Positions 12,370-25,884 of a stretch of DNA of 64,000 bases are shown here, one piece after another. Within the stretch, counting starts at the first letter, position 1. The number at the start of each line of letters is the position of its first letter. The stretch spans positions 7,034,522 through 7,098,521 of the forward strand of contig MU058781.1 of NCBI GenBank assembly GCA_013265495.1, in the 5' to 3' direction. The notes below the pieces were generated by a model. That model was not told the origin of the DNA. It saw only the letters and a program-made list of their open reading frames with translations, and did not search any database. This DNA is from Vicugna vicugna. Lineage: Eukaryota. The translations under genes were made by a program, and so were the position numbers.

Positions 12370-12910
12370 CCTTTTGGTGCTACTGTGTGCCAGGCACTGC
12401 ACTCATTATGTGCATGAGGCATAACCAGTCCAGCTCTCATGTGGGAAGCAGACCCACTGATAAAGGAAGTACAATGTGCTGTGGTTCATATGGGAACCCA
12501 CTTGGACTAGGCTTGAGGAGGTCAGGGAAGTTCTCTTGAGGGGCTGAGACCAGAAGGTGAATAGGAGATTGCTTGATGGCAGTGTTGGTGGGGCTTATGG
12601 ATAGGAAGGATGCTGCAGGAAGGAGGGGCAGCTGTGTGTGAGGCACAGAACCAAGGAAGAATGATCTACTGAGGAACCACACTGAGAGCTGAGAGACAGC
12701 CCTGGAATGTACCGTTGGAAGTATAGGTGTGCTTGGGCAGGAGGCTGGAAAGGCAAGCAGAAATGGATGGGGGGGTCTTGTGTGTCATGTTCAAGAGCAT
12801 CATGGAGCCAATGGAAGGCTTTGTTTGGATGTGGGGTAGGGAAAGTGGCTTTGGCATAGGGTGGAGAATGATCTGAAAGTGTGCAAAACTGGAGTAGGAT
12901 GAAGGAAGGG
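12370..12910 (-). mobile_element. L2 fragment
   Basis: tactgtgtgccaggcactg; gaggaggtcagggaagttctcttgagg; atggagccaatggaaggctttg. Confidence 0.55.
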
Positions 12911-13713
12911 GGTGGGGAGAGCTCAGAAAACACTCTCATCAACATATACTCTATTTATCATGGTAGACCGTACTTTGCATTCCCACCAATGGTGTAGAAA
13001 AAGCCCCTTCTTTGACACTCGGTATTTTCAAATTTTTCATCTTCTCTAATCTGATGTGTGAAAAGAACATATCTCATTGTTTAATCCTTGCTTCCTTTTT
13101 TAAAGGAGGAAGTTTACTGCAGCCAGACAAACTCATCTCATGAATCTATCTTTAAAAGATAAATGGCTTGTCCAGTCCCAGGACAGTTTTAGCTGATTTC
13201 ACACCTTAGTATTCACAGGACTCTCAAGTTAGAAAAATGGGCCTTATCGAGAAAAGTGTAACACATAGGAGACATGAGCGAATGAAAAGGTAGCGCTCAC
13301 TGCAGTCGTCCTACGATGGTGGGAGGTGTGTTATCTCACACACACAAGAAAACTATTTTCAAGGACACGATGTTACTAAGTAGGAAAAGAAATTTTTAAA
13401 AACTTAGGTAAGTGGCAGCCAAAAAGGTTGTGAGTTAACTGGAAAATTCATTTTCTGAACAGTTAAATTAATCAAAGATTGGTTATGCTGTGGATTTCAG
13501 ATATGCATGGAACCTCTTGGAATCAGACTGGACATATTCTGCACTCCATTTCCATGGAAATAAATAGCTCTGTGTTAACCGAAAGCCTCAATGGTTTTGA
13601 ATTATTTCCCACCTCCAGTAAGAAGGTGCTTTTGGTTTGACTCTTCTGGAAAGTGTTTGTGAGTTATTAGCCACAGGAATGGAGGGTTTTAATTCAGTCT
13701 CGTTGACCCTGTC

Positions 13714-14388
13714 TTTTTTTTTTTAAACTGTAGTTGCTGTAAAATATTACATAAGTTCAAGTGTACAATATAGTGAGTCATAATTTTTAAAGTCATAATT
13801 TTTAATTTTTAAACTTTAAAAATTATAATAACTACATACTCCATTTGTAGTTATTATAAAATACTGGTTTTATTCCCTGTGTTGTACAATATATCCTTGT
13901 AGCTTATTTTATCCTTAACAGTTTGTACCTCCTACTCCCCTCCCCCCACATCCCCCACTTCTCTCTCCCCATTGGTAACCACTAGTTCTCTAAATCTCTG
14001 AGTCTGCTTCTTTTTTGTTATATTCACTAGTTTGTTGTATTTTTTAGATTCCACTCATAATTAATATCATACAATATTTATCTTTCTCTGACTTACTTCA
14101 TTTAGCATCATGCCTACCAGGTCCATCATGTTGGTATAAATGGCAAAATTCCATTCTCTTTTTATGGCTGAGTAGTTTTCCATTATGTGTGTGTGTGTGT
14201 GTGTGTGTGTGCGTGCGTGCGCGTGCACATGTGCATACACACACATCACATTTTCCTTATCCATTCATTAGTTGATGGACACTTAGGTTGCTTCCATATC
14301 TTGGCAATTGTAAATAACACTGCTATGAACATTGTGGTGAATGTATGTTTTTGAATTAGTGTTCTTGTTTTTTTCTGATATAGACCCA
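13714..14388 (-). mobile_element. L1 3'UTR fragment (laurasiatherian/cetartiodactyl type)
   Basis: T-tail; ggtaaccactagtt; ttttttagattccac...; tccattcattagttgatggacacttaggttgcttccatatcttggcaattg; runs into the N gap. Confidence 0.85.
14185..14246. repeat. (TG)13 compound microsatellite / alternating purine-pyrimidine tract
   Basis: (TG)13 at 14186-14211, continuing as cgtgcgtgcgcgtgcacatgtgcatacacacacat. Confidence 0.9.
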
Positions 14389-14535
14389 NNNNNNNNNNNN
14401 NNNNNNNNNNNNNNNNNNNNNNNNNNNNNNNNNNNNNNNNNNNNNNNNNNNNNNNNNNNNNNNNNNNNNNNNNNNNNNNNNNNNNNNNNNNNNNNNNNNN
14501 NNNNNNNNNNNNNNNNNNNNNNNNNNNNNNNNNNN
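14389..14535. other. Assembly gap (147 N)
   Basis: N run at the end of an L1. Confidence 0.95.
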
Positions 14536-15832
14536 TATTTTCCTATTAAAAAATCAAGGAAGGACAAGCGAGAGCATTTGAGTACCTCTTATGTAATACA
14601 TTATATATATTTTACACACATACACACACATATATATATATTTCCCCCATTTACTCTTACCCTCCAGATTACAGATAAAGAAACCAGTGCAGAATTAAGT
14701 TGCTTGCCCAATATCCACTCTCTTAATTTCTGGACCATAGGGTAGTTTGGATGAGATAAGAACAACCTCTGTGAAAATACATAATGTACTGCCTAGCACA
14801 TAGTACATGCTCCCTAAATTTTATTTGTTAGCATGAACAATGGATGAGGCCCATATTAGGTGTTTGTGATCCTAAAAGTTTCTAAAGCTGGACAATGGCC
14901 TATATAATACAAAATGACAACTGGTTCCTATGTACATAAAAGGTTAGTCTAAGGAAGATGTAAGTAGAAAATGATTTAAAAAATTCAAGGAGCTCTAGAG
15001 ACCGCAGGGTATATGTGTAATCGGAACACACTGGTGGCCATAGCCCCGGGTTGAAAGGATTGAGGAGTTTGCTGTGACTGGGCAAGTTATTTGAGGAAAC
15101 CGAGGGCTGGGGGATTAAGAAGTCTGATTTACACACTTGGACGTTCCCAGTATACTTAGTGTATATTGAAATGGAGGAACTGAATTCAGGGTTCAAGCCC
15201 AGACTTCCTAGTTCAAATACTGGTGGTCTTCCAGCCTCCTTGTACATCATGCTGTGGAGTTACTGGTGTTCCCAAGAAGACCTCAGCCTGCCAGTTTCCA
15301 AGTGATTCCTGTGTGCTGAGGGTAATTAATGAATGGGGTACTCTAAGGCACAGAGATCTTTACTGCAACTGGAAAAAAACCTTTTATAGCTGTAATATCT
15401 GCTTTTACCAGGTACTTTGTGAAAACCAGAGCGTTTTAATATGGAATGATCTCTAGTCTTTGAAAAACTTTATGGTTTACAGGGTGAGTCACCTTCAGGA
15501 GGAACAAAAGTAGTGTTTTCAAGTTGTAAAGATTACGGTATTTTCTTATGCTTTCTTTCTCATAACACAGAAATCATGGTGATGTAGTGGGGCAGCCAGG
15601 AAGGGCTGTGTCTCCATTAGACCTTGGTTTAAATCTCCACTCTTATATTTCCCAGTCATGGGAACTGCTTGGTGTGAGATGGATAATACCGGTCTCGGTG
15701 TTGCTGTGAAGATTGAATGTGATAATTTTAAGACGTATATCACAGTGATCATAGGGGCCTGACAGATATTCTTGGTCCCATCATCTCCTACTTTCTCCTG
15801 CCTCTCGTGTAATGAATATTTTAGTTCTAGGC

Positions 15833-16005
15833 TAATGGCTCTCAAAGTGTGGTCCTCAAACCAGCAGCATCAGCAGCAGCTGTGAACCTGTTAGAATTAT
15901 GAATTCTTGAGCCCCACCCTAGACTTACTCAATCAGAAACTCTGGGCATGGGGCCCAGTGATCTATGTTTCAGTTCCTCCTCCCAGGGATTCTGATGCAC
16001 TGGTC
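15833..16005. mobile_element. hAT-Charlie MITE (MER5A-like)
   Basis: ctctcaaagtgtggtcc...cagcagcatcagc...gaatcagaaactctggg-like core...gattctgatgcac. Confidence 0.75.
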
Positions 16006-18534
16006 CAAGGTATTTGCAGAGCACTCACGCTATGGGTGAAGCACATATGAATTGCTCATTATCATGTGCTTTGGAATAGTATGCCCTTTTCTGTCTCTTT
16101 TGTGACCACTAACACACATTTCTGAAACAAGTGGTCATATGGCTTTGACTTATGATCTTTGCTTTGATAGTGTAATTTGCTGGAATACAGTGCTAATGCA
16201 AAACATTTGGAAAGTGGTGGTCAGAGTTTAACAAGAGCATCCATAGCACCTGGGATATGTAGACCTACAGATTTACTAAGAGAAAGGAAAGGAAGACTGG
16301 TTCAAATTACGGCAATTAAAAAAAAAAAAAAAGGAAAGCAGCACATAAAACCTCCCTGATTTCTGGAAACTTGCTTTTTAGGAAATGTCAAGAAGATTCA
16401 CATTTTGGCAGAAGAGAGTCTTGTGGGAAAATTATGGGGTGAGAATAGTTGCAGTTTTGTTACCACCTAATTTAAAAGTAGAAAGGTATTCTGGTATTGC
16501 TATGGATAATTGAATAAAGTCATTTTGAGTTAATTTTGAATAAAACAGGATTGCTCATATTCAATTTAGTTACCATGGGTAACTTTACCAGTCTTAAATC
16601 TAATAAATTCTCTTTTGTAAATGTAATCAAAGAGGAAGTTTGCTTAAGGCTTAGGTCTGTACCAAACCAATGGCACTTAGTTCCTAACCATCACTCCATG
16701 CAGAGAAGGAGCATCCTCTTGAGGAAACTAACAGCATCATTGTTGTCTGACTTTCAGGTCATTGATGTGAGCTATTTTACATGCCGACTTTATAGGTTAT
16801 ATCCTGTAGAGAAAAATGGAATCGACAGTGAGTTAGTTTCATTTTCCATTTATCTGGTGTAAATATTCTTTTAAAATTTCAAAAATTTAGGTAATTATTC
16901 TTCAATATGGCTCCTGTTAGTTTTAATTATTAAGGTTTTATTTCACTATAATTTATTCAAACTCTGGTTTAAATACTAATACAGATACTGGGGTTTTATA
17001 TAAAATAACACACATGACTCCCGCTTTAAGGAACAGTAAAATCTGAGATTTAATGAACGGTATACTTTTTCTTTTTGATTTTTAGTTTAAAAAATATACA
17101 ACAGTTTGGTATGAAACTTTTCAAACATACAACAAAGATGAAAACATTTTAACAATGAATATCTGTGTTCCCACCACCTCTTAGATTCCAACATTAACTC
17201 TTTACTCTGACTTGCTTCATTACACGTCTATCTGTCCATTTAGCCTTTTGTCCCTTGTATGGTTTTAATACTCACTGTGAATGCTCTAGTAGAGTGTAAG
17301 TACTTCATTCTCCAGTTGTTTGCTTAGATTGGTTGAACGGTTATATTTTATGTAAATCACTTGCATAGCCTTGCATCTTGGCAGAAGGAGTTTCTTGACC
17401 CTTTATTAATTTGGGATTTGTTTCTTTCTGTGTTGCTGAGCCCTTATGTATATTTTGAGAGAGTCAGAAGGACTGCTTGAGAGTTCAAATAGGGACTCTT
17501 TAGGGGCACAGGAGGAGAGGAGGAAAGTGATAAATGAGTTCAGTGGAATCTACTGATGTTTAATCTGGGCTGTGCTTATCTTCACTGCCTGTCCTGGGCC
17601 TGTTGGCTGAGGCCTTGGGGCCAGCTGAGGGCTGGCAATTCTGAGGTCTAATGTTTCCTTGGAGGAAATGGAAGGATGTAAACTTGGCAAGCCTTCTTGT
17701 TTTTTATTTTTTTTTCTCTTGGAAACTTCGGTTGCTTTTCTGGGTATACTGTGTCATGAGATAGCACCTGGCACACATGGATCTCCTTGGAACTGGTATC
17801 AGAATTGGGGCCTCCCTCTGCTAAGAAAGGCAATGCAGGCGGGACAAAAGGGAAAGCCTCGGAAAGGTCAGCTGAAGAGTTACTGAGTTACTCGTGTTGG
17901 AAGGAGACCTTATGACCCTAGTGCCTGCTCCCTGCTCTGAAATGTTCTTCCAGTTTAGCAGATTTAATTGGCTTCATTGTAAGAACTGGACAGACTGCAA
18001 CATTTCCAGGGGATTTCTCTTCAGAGCCATCTCTGTCACCAGTTATCTTAATTTGGTTGTTTCATGATCACTTGAGATAAAGATAGAAGCATTTGATCAC
18101 TCTTGCTTGGTGGGAACAGGAGGTACTTTTATTGGGGCCCAGATTTAATCTCCCGTATCGAATGACTGTTCTCAGACTTACAAGGTGGATGTTAGTACCT
18201 TTTTCCAGAAAAAGTAACAGCACTATTTTGGGAGAAAATATTTAAAGATACTTTAAATTCTAATGTATGTTTAAATTTTGCTTCTATAATTTGCCCTTTA
18301 AGCTTCCTTTACTGTTTCTTCTGGAACTAGCTGATGCACGCATTCTGTATGAAGATGTTGGTTAGAAAATGGTCCTTCGTTCCTGTAGAGGTCATGCCTC
18401 TGAATTTTCCAAAATGACGTAAAGGCATTGATGATGGACATACCTTCCTTGATTAAACTTGAGGGCATGGGTGGTATTGAACCTGGTAAGTCTGACTTGA
18501 TTGCACATTGTAATCACTTGGAGAGTTTAAAAAT

Positions 18535-20172
18535 AACTAATGCCAGTTCAGCAAGGTTTCAGAATATGAAACACAAAAGTCAATTGTATTTATATCCACT
18601 AGCAAAGAACAATATCATAATGACATTAAAGACAGCAATTCCATTTATAATAATATCAAAAGGAATGAAATACTTGGGAATAAATTTAACAAAAGAAGTA
18701 CAAAGTTTATACTCTGTCAACTACAGCATGTTGAAAGAAATTCAAGATGACTAAATAGAAAGATATCCCATGTTCATGGATTATGACTTAATATTATTAA
18801 AATGACAGTATTCCCCAAATGCAACTACAAATTCAACACAACTCCCATCAAAATCCCAACTATCCTCTGCCAAAATTGACAAGCTGATCTTAAAATTCAT
18901 ATGGAAATTTGATGGGCCTGACATAGACAAAACAATCTTGAAAAAGAAGCACGAATTTGGAGAACTCTCTTACTCCTTGCAAACTAACTACAGTGTTACC
19001 ATAATCAAAACTGTGTGATACCATTGAAAGGATAGAGAGATAGATCAATGGAACAAAATTGGAAGTCCAGAAATAAATTCTCATGTTTATTGTCAGTTGA
19101 TTTTCATCAAGGTTCCAAAGCAATTCAGGGGGACAGAGCAGTTTTTCAGCAAATGGTGCTTGGACAACTGGTTATCTATTTGTAAAAGAATGAAGTTGGA
19201 CTGCTTCCTCATGCCACTGGCAAACATTAACTCAAAATGGGGTGTAGACCTAACTATAAGAGCTAAAACTAAAAAGCTCTTAGAAGAAAATATAGGAAAT
19301 AGAAAAAATTTAATGACCTTGGGTTAGGCAAAGCATGAACAAAAGAAAAAAATCAGACTCCATCAAAATTAAATATCTTTATACTTCAGTGGACACCACC
19401 AAGAAAGTGAAAAGATAACCCACAGAATGGGAGAAAGAAATTGCAAATCATATCTGATAAGGGGCATNNNNNNNNNNNNNNNNNNNNNNNNNNNNNNNNN
19501 NNNNNNNNNNNNNNNNNNNNNNNNNNNNNNNNNNNNNNNNNNNNNNNNNNNNNNNNNNNNNNNNNNNNNNNNNNNNNNNNNNNNNNNNNNNNNNNNNNNN
19601 NNNNNNNNNNNNNNNNNNNNNNNNNNNNNNNNNNNNNNNNNNNNNNNNNNNNNNNNNNNNNNNNNNNNNNNNNNNNNNNNNNNNNNNNNNNNNNNNNNNN
19701 NNNNNGTAAGGACTTGAAGAAAACTGGAACCCTCACACTGCTGGTGGGAATGTAAAATGATGCAGCTGCTTAGGAAACTAGTCTAGCAGTTCTTCAAAAG
19801 ACAAATGTAGAGTTATCATAGATCACATCCACTCCTGAGTATATACCTAAGAAAAATGAAAACATGTATCTGCTATTGAAAGAAGCCAGTTGCAGAGGAC
19901 CACGTATTGCATGATTCAATTTATGTGAAATATCCAGAATAGGCAAATCCATAGAGACAGAAAGTAGACTGGTGGTTGCCTAAACCTGGGGCGAGGGTGG
20001 GAGGATTTGGGGGGAAATGGGAAATAACTACTAATTGGCATGGGGTTTCTTTTGGGATTATGACATGTTCTAAAATCGATGTGTGATCGTTGCACAATTC
20101 TGTGATTACATTAAAAGCCATTGAATAAAAGCCATTACATGAGCAAATTATAAGATACATATGTCAATAAAA
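18535..20172 (+). mobile_element. L1 (L1MB-like) decayed ORF2 3' part and 3'UTR
   Basis: Remnant peptide IPFIIISKGMKYLGINLTKEVQSLYSVNY resembles L1 ORF2 KYLGIQLTRDVKDL; multiple stops and frameshifts; ends with AATAAA 20166-20171. Confidence 0.88.
19468..19705. other. Assembly gap (238 N)
   Basis: N run inside L1. Confidence 0.95.
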
Positions 20173-20202
20173 TATATATACATATATATATATAATATTA
20201 AA

Positions 20203-20500
20203 TACTGATGCCCAGTCCTTCCCTCTGAAATTTTGGAATTGATTGGTCTGTGGTGTAGCCTGGGCATTGGACTGTGGAAAGCTCCCCAGATGATTCTATT
20301 AAATATCCAACATAGAGAGCCTTTGTGCTAGACCTTGTTACTCAAAAGTGTTTTCTGTCTGCCAGCTGCATCAGTAAGATCTGGGAGCTTATGAGGAGGG
20401 CAGAATCTCAGACCCCACCCCACGTCTTCTGAATCAAAATCTGAATTTTAATGGGATCCTTGAATGATTTAAATGAACATTAAAATTTGAGAAGCATTGT
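20203..20500. mobile_element. Two adjacent MER5-type hAT MITE fragments
   Basis: gcctgggcattgg...gctccccagatgattcta, then cagaatctcagaccccacccca...gaatcaaaatctgaattttaa...tttgagaagcattg. Confidence 0.65.
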
Positions 20501-20617
20501 CAGTAAGGTATTTGAGTAGTAAGGCTGGTGAGTGTTGTCTTTGAAGTTCACTACCTTCCTGTTGAAACATCTTTCTTCTACCCAGGGCTTCTCCTTGAGG
20601 CTGCTCTTTTGGGCTCC

Positions 20618-21426
20618 TGTACCCTATTCCAATGTGTGTGTATGTGATGGCCTTCCTCACGCACCACGAAGCAATTCTCAGATACCAGCAGAGTCCTAGA
20701 GATAGTGTCATATTCCACAGGTTAAGGGTTCAGTTGTACCAGAAAACTCCTCACCCCCAACCCCTGCAACATACACACCTGCCCAATTCAGACATCAGTC
20801 TCAAGCCCGGGTTGTTAACTGTACTGCTGACTGCTTGGCTATAAATCAGAGGTTCCTACCATCTCCTCCTTGGATGTGATTAATTTGCTAGAGCAGCTCA
20901 CAGAACTGAGAAACATTTTACTTACTAGATTACTGGTTGGTTATAAAAGAACGTAACTCAGGAATAGCCAGGTGGAAAAGATGCATAGGGCAAGGTATGG
21001 GAAAGGGCATGGGAGTTTCCATGCCCTCCCCAGCTCACCACTCCCCCCACATCTCCATGTGTCCACCAACCAGGAAGCTTTCTGAACCCCATCATTTTGG
21101 GGTTTTTATGGAGGCTTCATTACATAACCATGACTGATTAAACCATTGACCATTGGTGATCAATTCAACCTCCAGCCCCTCTCCCCTTCCTGGAAATTGA
21201 GGGGTGTGACTTGCCAGTTCCAACCCTCTAATCAGCATTGGTTCCCCTGGCAACCAGCCCTCATCCTTAGGTGACCCAGGGGGCATTCCAAAGGTCACCT
21301 CATTAACATAACAAGAGATAATCATCTCTCTCACCACGAAGGAAATTCTAAGGGTTTTAGAAGCTCTGTGCTAGAAAAAGTACAAAGACCAAATATGCTT
21401 TTCTTATTGTAAATCGCAATATCACA
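20618..21426. mobile_element. Solo ERV LTR, MER21-like
   Basis: attaatttgctagagcagctcacagaact; ggtttttatggaggcttcatt; caaagaccaaatat...aatatcaca terminus. Left boundary and orientation uncertain. Confidence 0.75.
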
Positions 21427-24400
21427 GCTGCCCTTTCCAACAGCGTCCATCATTACCAGTGTTTTTTTGTCTGTAAAAACATATTTGTCGTAGATCCTTT
21501 TTTTTAGGGCTCTTTCCCCTCCTTGGGAACCACGAACCTGTATTATTATCCCCCTGCATTCACAATAATTTCTTGTGAATGATGACAGAAGCATTCTGGA
21601 GACAAGGTTTTCATCAAAGAAACCTAAAGGTCAAAATTTCTGGTAACGTTGACAGGCGGAATGAGTGGAGAGAGTGAGATTTTGTGGTGCTGGTGGGGTA
21701 CATAATTATATACACCTGATTTTAAAATCCAAATTATAGTAAGTACAACAAAGGAGAAGTGTGAGTGCTACCATGTGCCAGATCTTGTGACAGATGTTTC
21801 TAGAGGTTGTGAAGAGGAATAAAATATGATTCAGACCTTGAAGAAACTCCTGGGCTCCTGGGGAGACAAGCAGATCCACAGCCTTCTGCAATGTAGGGTG
21901 AAAATCGCAGCATTATTTCCATGAACAACATACTTCAGTTGTTAACATCTGGTGTTACCTAAGGTCTTGCTGGGAATATTGGCAAGTTGGGAGGAAAATC
22001 CAAGTCTTTTGGAGAATTGAGGGAGAGAGAGCGGTTGAATAGATCATAAAATTCTCTTTGAAGGGCCTGAAACTCTGATCTGTCCTCAAAGGCAAATGCC
22101 ATACCATCCCTACTGCCATGAGAATCAATGTTCTCTTCCTTTTGATGGATTTATTGGGATTCCTTTTGAAGGGGAAAATAATTGGGACCCCAATACTGAA
22201 GTATTTTACAATTATTTTTATTTTAGTCTCACTTAAACTACAAACATACTACCAGGCATAAGCACATTTAGACTTACATCTCTTAAACAACAAGAATGTC
22301 AGGATAAATGCATACGCTGAATATTAACCAAAATTACATAGCAAAAAATTAAAGTCAACATGAATATAATAGCTGGTGTTTAGTTTCCACTAAATCACTT
22401 TTAACAGGCTCTGAGTTTAACAGTGAACAAGCGGTAACTCAGTGATCTTGCCACCTTTCTGTGTTGGAATCACTAAGATTCTTGATTTGCACAGCTTTCA
22501 GCTTGGCCCAGATGCTTCCATTGTCTCTCATCTGCCTGTGACAGTGACAGCATTCCTGCTTGGCAAAGTAGGGCTGTACCACAAACAGAAGTGTGAGCAT
22601 CGGAACTGAGCGGAAATGGGTGTTCCTTGCTTTTAGTAGTATCATTAAATAAATATAATAGGAATAAAATAAAACCTTGCTGGGGAGAACTCATGGGCTC
22701 CCAAGAATGCACCCTTGCACCCAGTTTGAAGAGTTCTGTGACAGCTGAGCTTCAAGGTGCTGTGGGAGCAGAGAGGCTGAGCATCACAGCAGCCTGGGGT
22801 ACAAGGCAAGAGAGGCTTCCTCAAATAAGAGAAGCTTAAAGATGAGAAATGTAAAACCAAGCTCCCTTTTGAACCATACTTATGGCTTTTTGTTTGATTT
22901 GGGGCTTCTGTTGAGTCATCTGGTACCAGGTTTTCCTGTCAGTCCTCTGATGTCCTGTGTGATTGGGAAAGCAGTATGAAGGTGGTTTCCGTCCCTAGAA
23001 ATAGTATATTGTGAAAAGTGAAGGTTTCTGAAAGGGATTTTGTAAGAAGGAAGTTTTAGGATCATGTCATACCAGGAAACAATTTACTGCTCAGCATAGG
23101 TTGTTGATTTATTTGAATGTCTTTGAACCATTATACATTTCCAAACCCAGATGCTTTGGGTGTGTTAAAAGGGTTTTGAATTGGGAGAGATACAATCTTG
23201 AGTTGTACCAATAATTTAATTCAACAGCATCCAACAAAGGCTTTATTCTTAGGTAATGTGCAGGCATCATAGTCTAAACTGGAGTAAACAGGATATTGGC
23301 TTCAATATGAGATGTTATTTAGAACACGCTTGAGACATTGTGATGTAACTGTGTACTGAGGCCAAGAAGTGTTTGTCTACATTTTATTAAATGTCCATTT
23401 TAGTGTACAGCATTGTACCAGGAATGATAAAATGCAAAACAGATACTCAGGGTCAGTCTAGATTTTGGTTTTAAATGCTTCCTCCCTCATCACCTTCTTT
23501 CCCTCCCATGGTTGAGCTAGGGATGAGAAACCCTAGGTTAGTAGGTCGCCAACTCAGCTTCAAGACATGTGGGCTGCTGGTCTTTCTCTGACCTCAGAAC
23601 CCCAGCACCTGCGTCTAGAAGCATCCGAGATCCTGGGGATCAACTTTAACTTTCAGTTAGTGGCACTCACTACCTTTTTCTCCTGAGAATACCTATTCTC
23701 CTCCTGCCTCCCCTCCCCATTCTCATGAGACTGATCTCTTGGGGTTGAATCTCTGTGGGGACTTTCATTTCTGCATGCCTGCCTAGAGTTCAGAGACATC
23801 TATTCCATTTCCCAGTTATTCTTCACATTTGCCTACCTCTTTCACTTTTCAGAGTATCTTCACATATTTATCCTCACGGAGGACTCTGCGTTTCCCTGAG
23901 AGTAGACTAAGCAGGTGATACGGTCCCATTTTCTAATTGTGAGTGCTGTGGCCAGAGGTTAATGACTTGCCCAAGATGCAGGGGAGACTTGAGAACTTGT
24001 ACTTCAGTCTTGATATTAGAATCCAGTTCCATCGACTGTTCATTGTAATGCTTTTTTTCCCCAGAAAAAAACTTTAAGAAAGGTGTAATCTAGTGACAGA
24101 GATGTGTAACTGTGTAGTATATGTGTGTGTATATATATATAGTTCTTGGGTGTGTATGTAGGAGCTTTGTCTGAATGTTGTAGCCCCTTTGGCCTTGTCC
24201 ACCTCATGAAGAATGCCCTTTGGTCACCAGAAAACAACATCCCTGAAAGGGGCCTAGAAGACACCCCTTTCTGGAAGATTCCATCGTGCATGATTCATAA
24301 GCTCTCGGGGTTAGAAGAGACAAGTCATCTGGTTCACCAGGTGTTTGATGGTTAAATCCTTGGTTAGATCCCATTTGCATCCTCGAGGGCTACGGAATGA

Positions 24401-25557
24401 TTTTGAGGAACATCCTTATTATTATACACAACCCTTAATGGCCTAAGGATGTTTCTGTGTTCTACCAAACTAAGTGAAATGTTGATGACGTAAAAGAAAA
24501 AAAAATTCCTTTTTTTCCCCCTTGGGTCTTCAAGATTTTGGAAAAGTACTATTTTTGAAACATTTCCCTTGGAATTCTGTTAGCTGTTATGAAAACAGTT
24601 TTGTGTAGCATGCACAGGTGTTCATGCGAATGCTTTTGGTTCTTTTGTGCTTTAGCCAGAGATATTGAAGAAGAGAGGGTTTGAGATTTAATATTAGTGA
24701 AGGCTAGTGGAAGACATACACTTGAAAATTCAGTAAGAGGCAGTAACTGGGACTGATTGTTTTCCCCCTTTGCCTTTGAATAGAAATGCGTGCCCGTGGT
24801 TACAGAGGGTCAAGTGCGGTGCTAGAGCATCACTTAACAACCTGCACTTACAAATCTCTATCTGGAACCAGTGTTTCTTAGAATTAAAAAAGGGGGACAC
24901 ATAGGGTATATATACTTATGCCCTATACTCAGTGTATTCAGCTTTAACTTCTATCCTAAAATCATGAGTTCCGTAATATTGTGGCCAGGCCAGCAGAGTC
25001 TTTGTGGGGAGCTTCAAATTTCATTGGGTTTATGTATTGTGGTTGCAGTGTACCTATGAGCATTACATTATCAAATAGAACATCCACTATAAACTCATGG
25101 GAAAGCTTAGATTTCATCTTTACAAATTTGCAGTCTAAGAGGAAATGAGTTTTTTTTTGCCTGTAAAGACTCACATAGTCTCTTCAGTTCCCACTTAACT
25201 CTAAGCCTTTTCTGTAGATGCAAGGGTTCTACAGAGAGGCTTCAATGGAGGTGTGTGTGATGTTCTGTTATTGGTATCTGCGCTGTTCATGGAGCTTCTC
25301 CACCACAAGTGCTGTTTTACTGGTTTCCTGAAGGGAGTGGAGATAGAATAATCTCAGGAGGCTAACAGATGAACATTTCTCCACAAAGTTTTTGAAAGTC
25401 TAAGATCAGGTGAGATGGAGTAGAAATATGACTAAATATTTCACAGTTTGCAAATTTCCAAAGGGCTTCCATGTACAAAATTTCAGGTTTGTGTTTGTGT
25501 GTGTGAGTGTTTTAAACTGTGTGAGGTAACCATAACAAGTATTATTACCCCTTTTTT

Positions 25558-25884
25558 ACAAAAGACCCTGAATAGCCAAACTATTCTTGAAAAAGCAGAA
25601 CAGGGCCGGGGGAATCACATTCCTTGGCTTCAGACTATATTACAAAGCAACAGTAATCAAAACAGCATGATATTGGTACAAAAAAAACCAGACAGATAGA
25701 TCAATGGAACAGGATAGAAAGTCCAGAAGTAAACCCACACACTTATGCTCAATTAATCCATGACAGAGGAGGCAAGAATACACAATGGAGAAATGACAGT
25801 CTCTTCAGTAAGTGATGCTGGGAAAACTGGACAGCTACCTGTAAAAGACTGAAATTAGAACATTCTTTAACACCATATACAAAA
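25558..25884 (+). mobile_element. Internal L1 ORF2 fragment without 3'UTR
   Basis: Reads [38 protein letters not shown] (ORF2 AGGITLPDFKLYYKAT motif); stops abruptly at accatatacaaaa. Confidence 0.85.

Noticed and set aside
16283-16338. 26-nt stub plus A15 flanked by aaaggaaag
   Set aside because: The 9-bp purine-only repeat is likely chance, with a poor endonuclease site.
18428-19327. ORFs with reverse-transcriptase-like peptides as a domesticated gene
   Set aside because: Fragmented L1 ORF2 in several frames with stops, contiguous with an L1 3'UTR.
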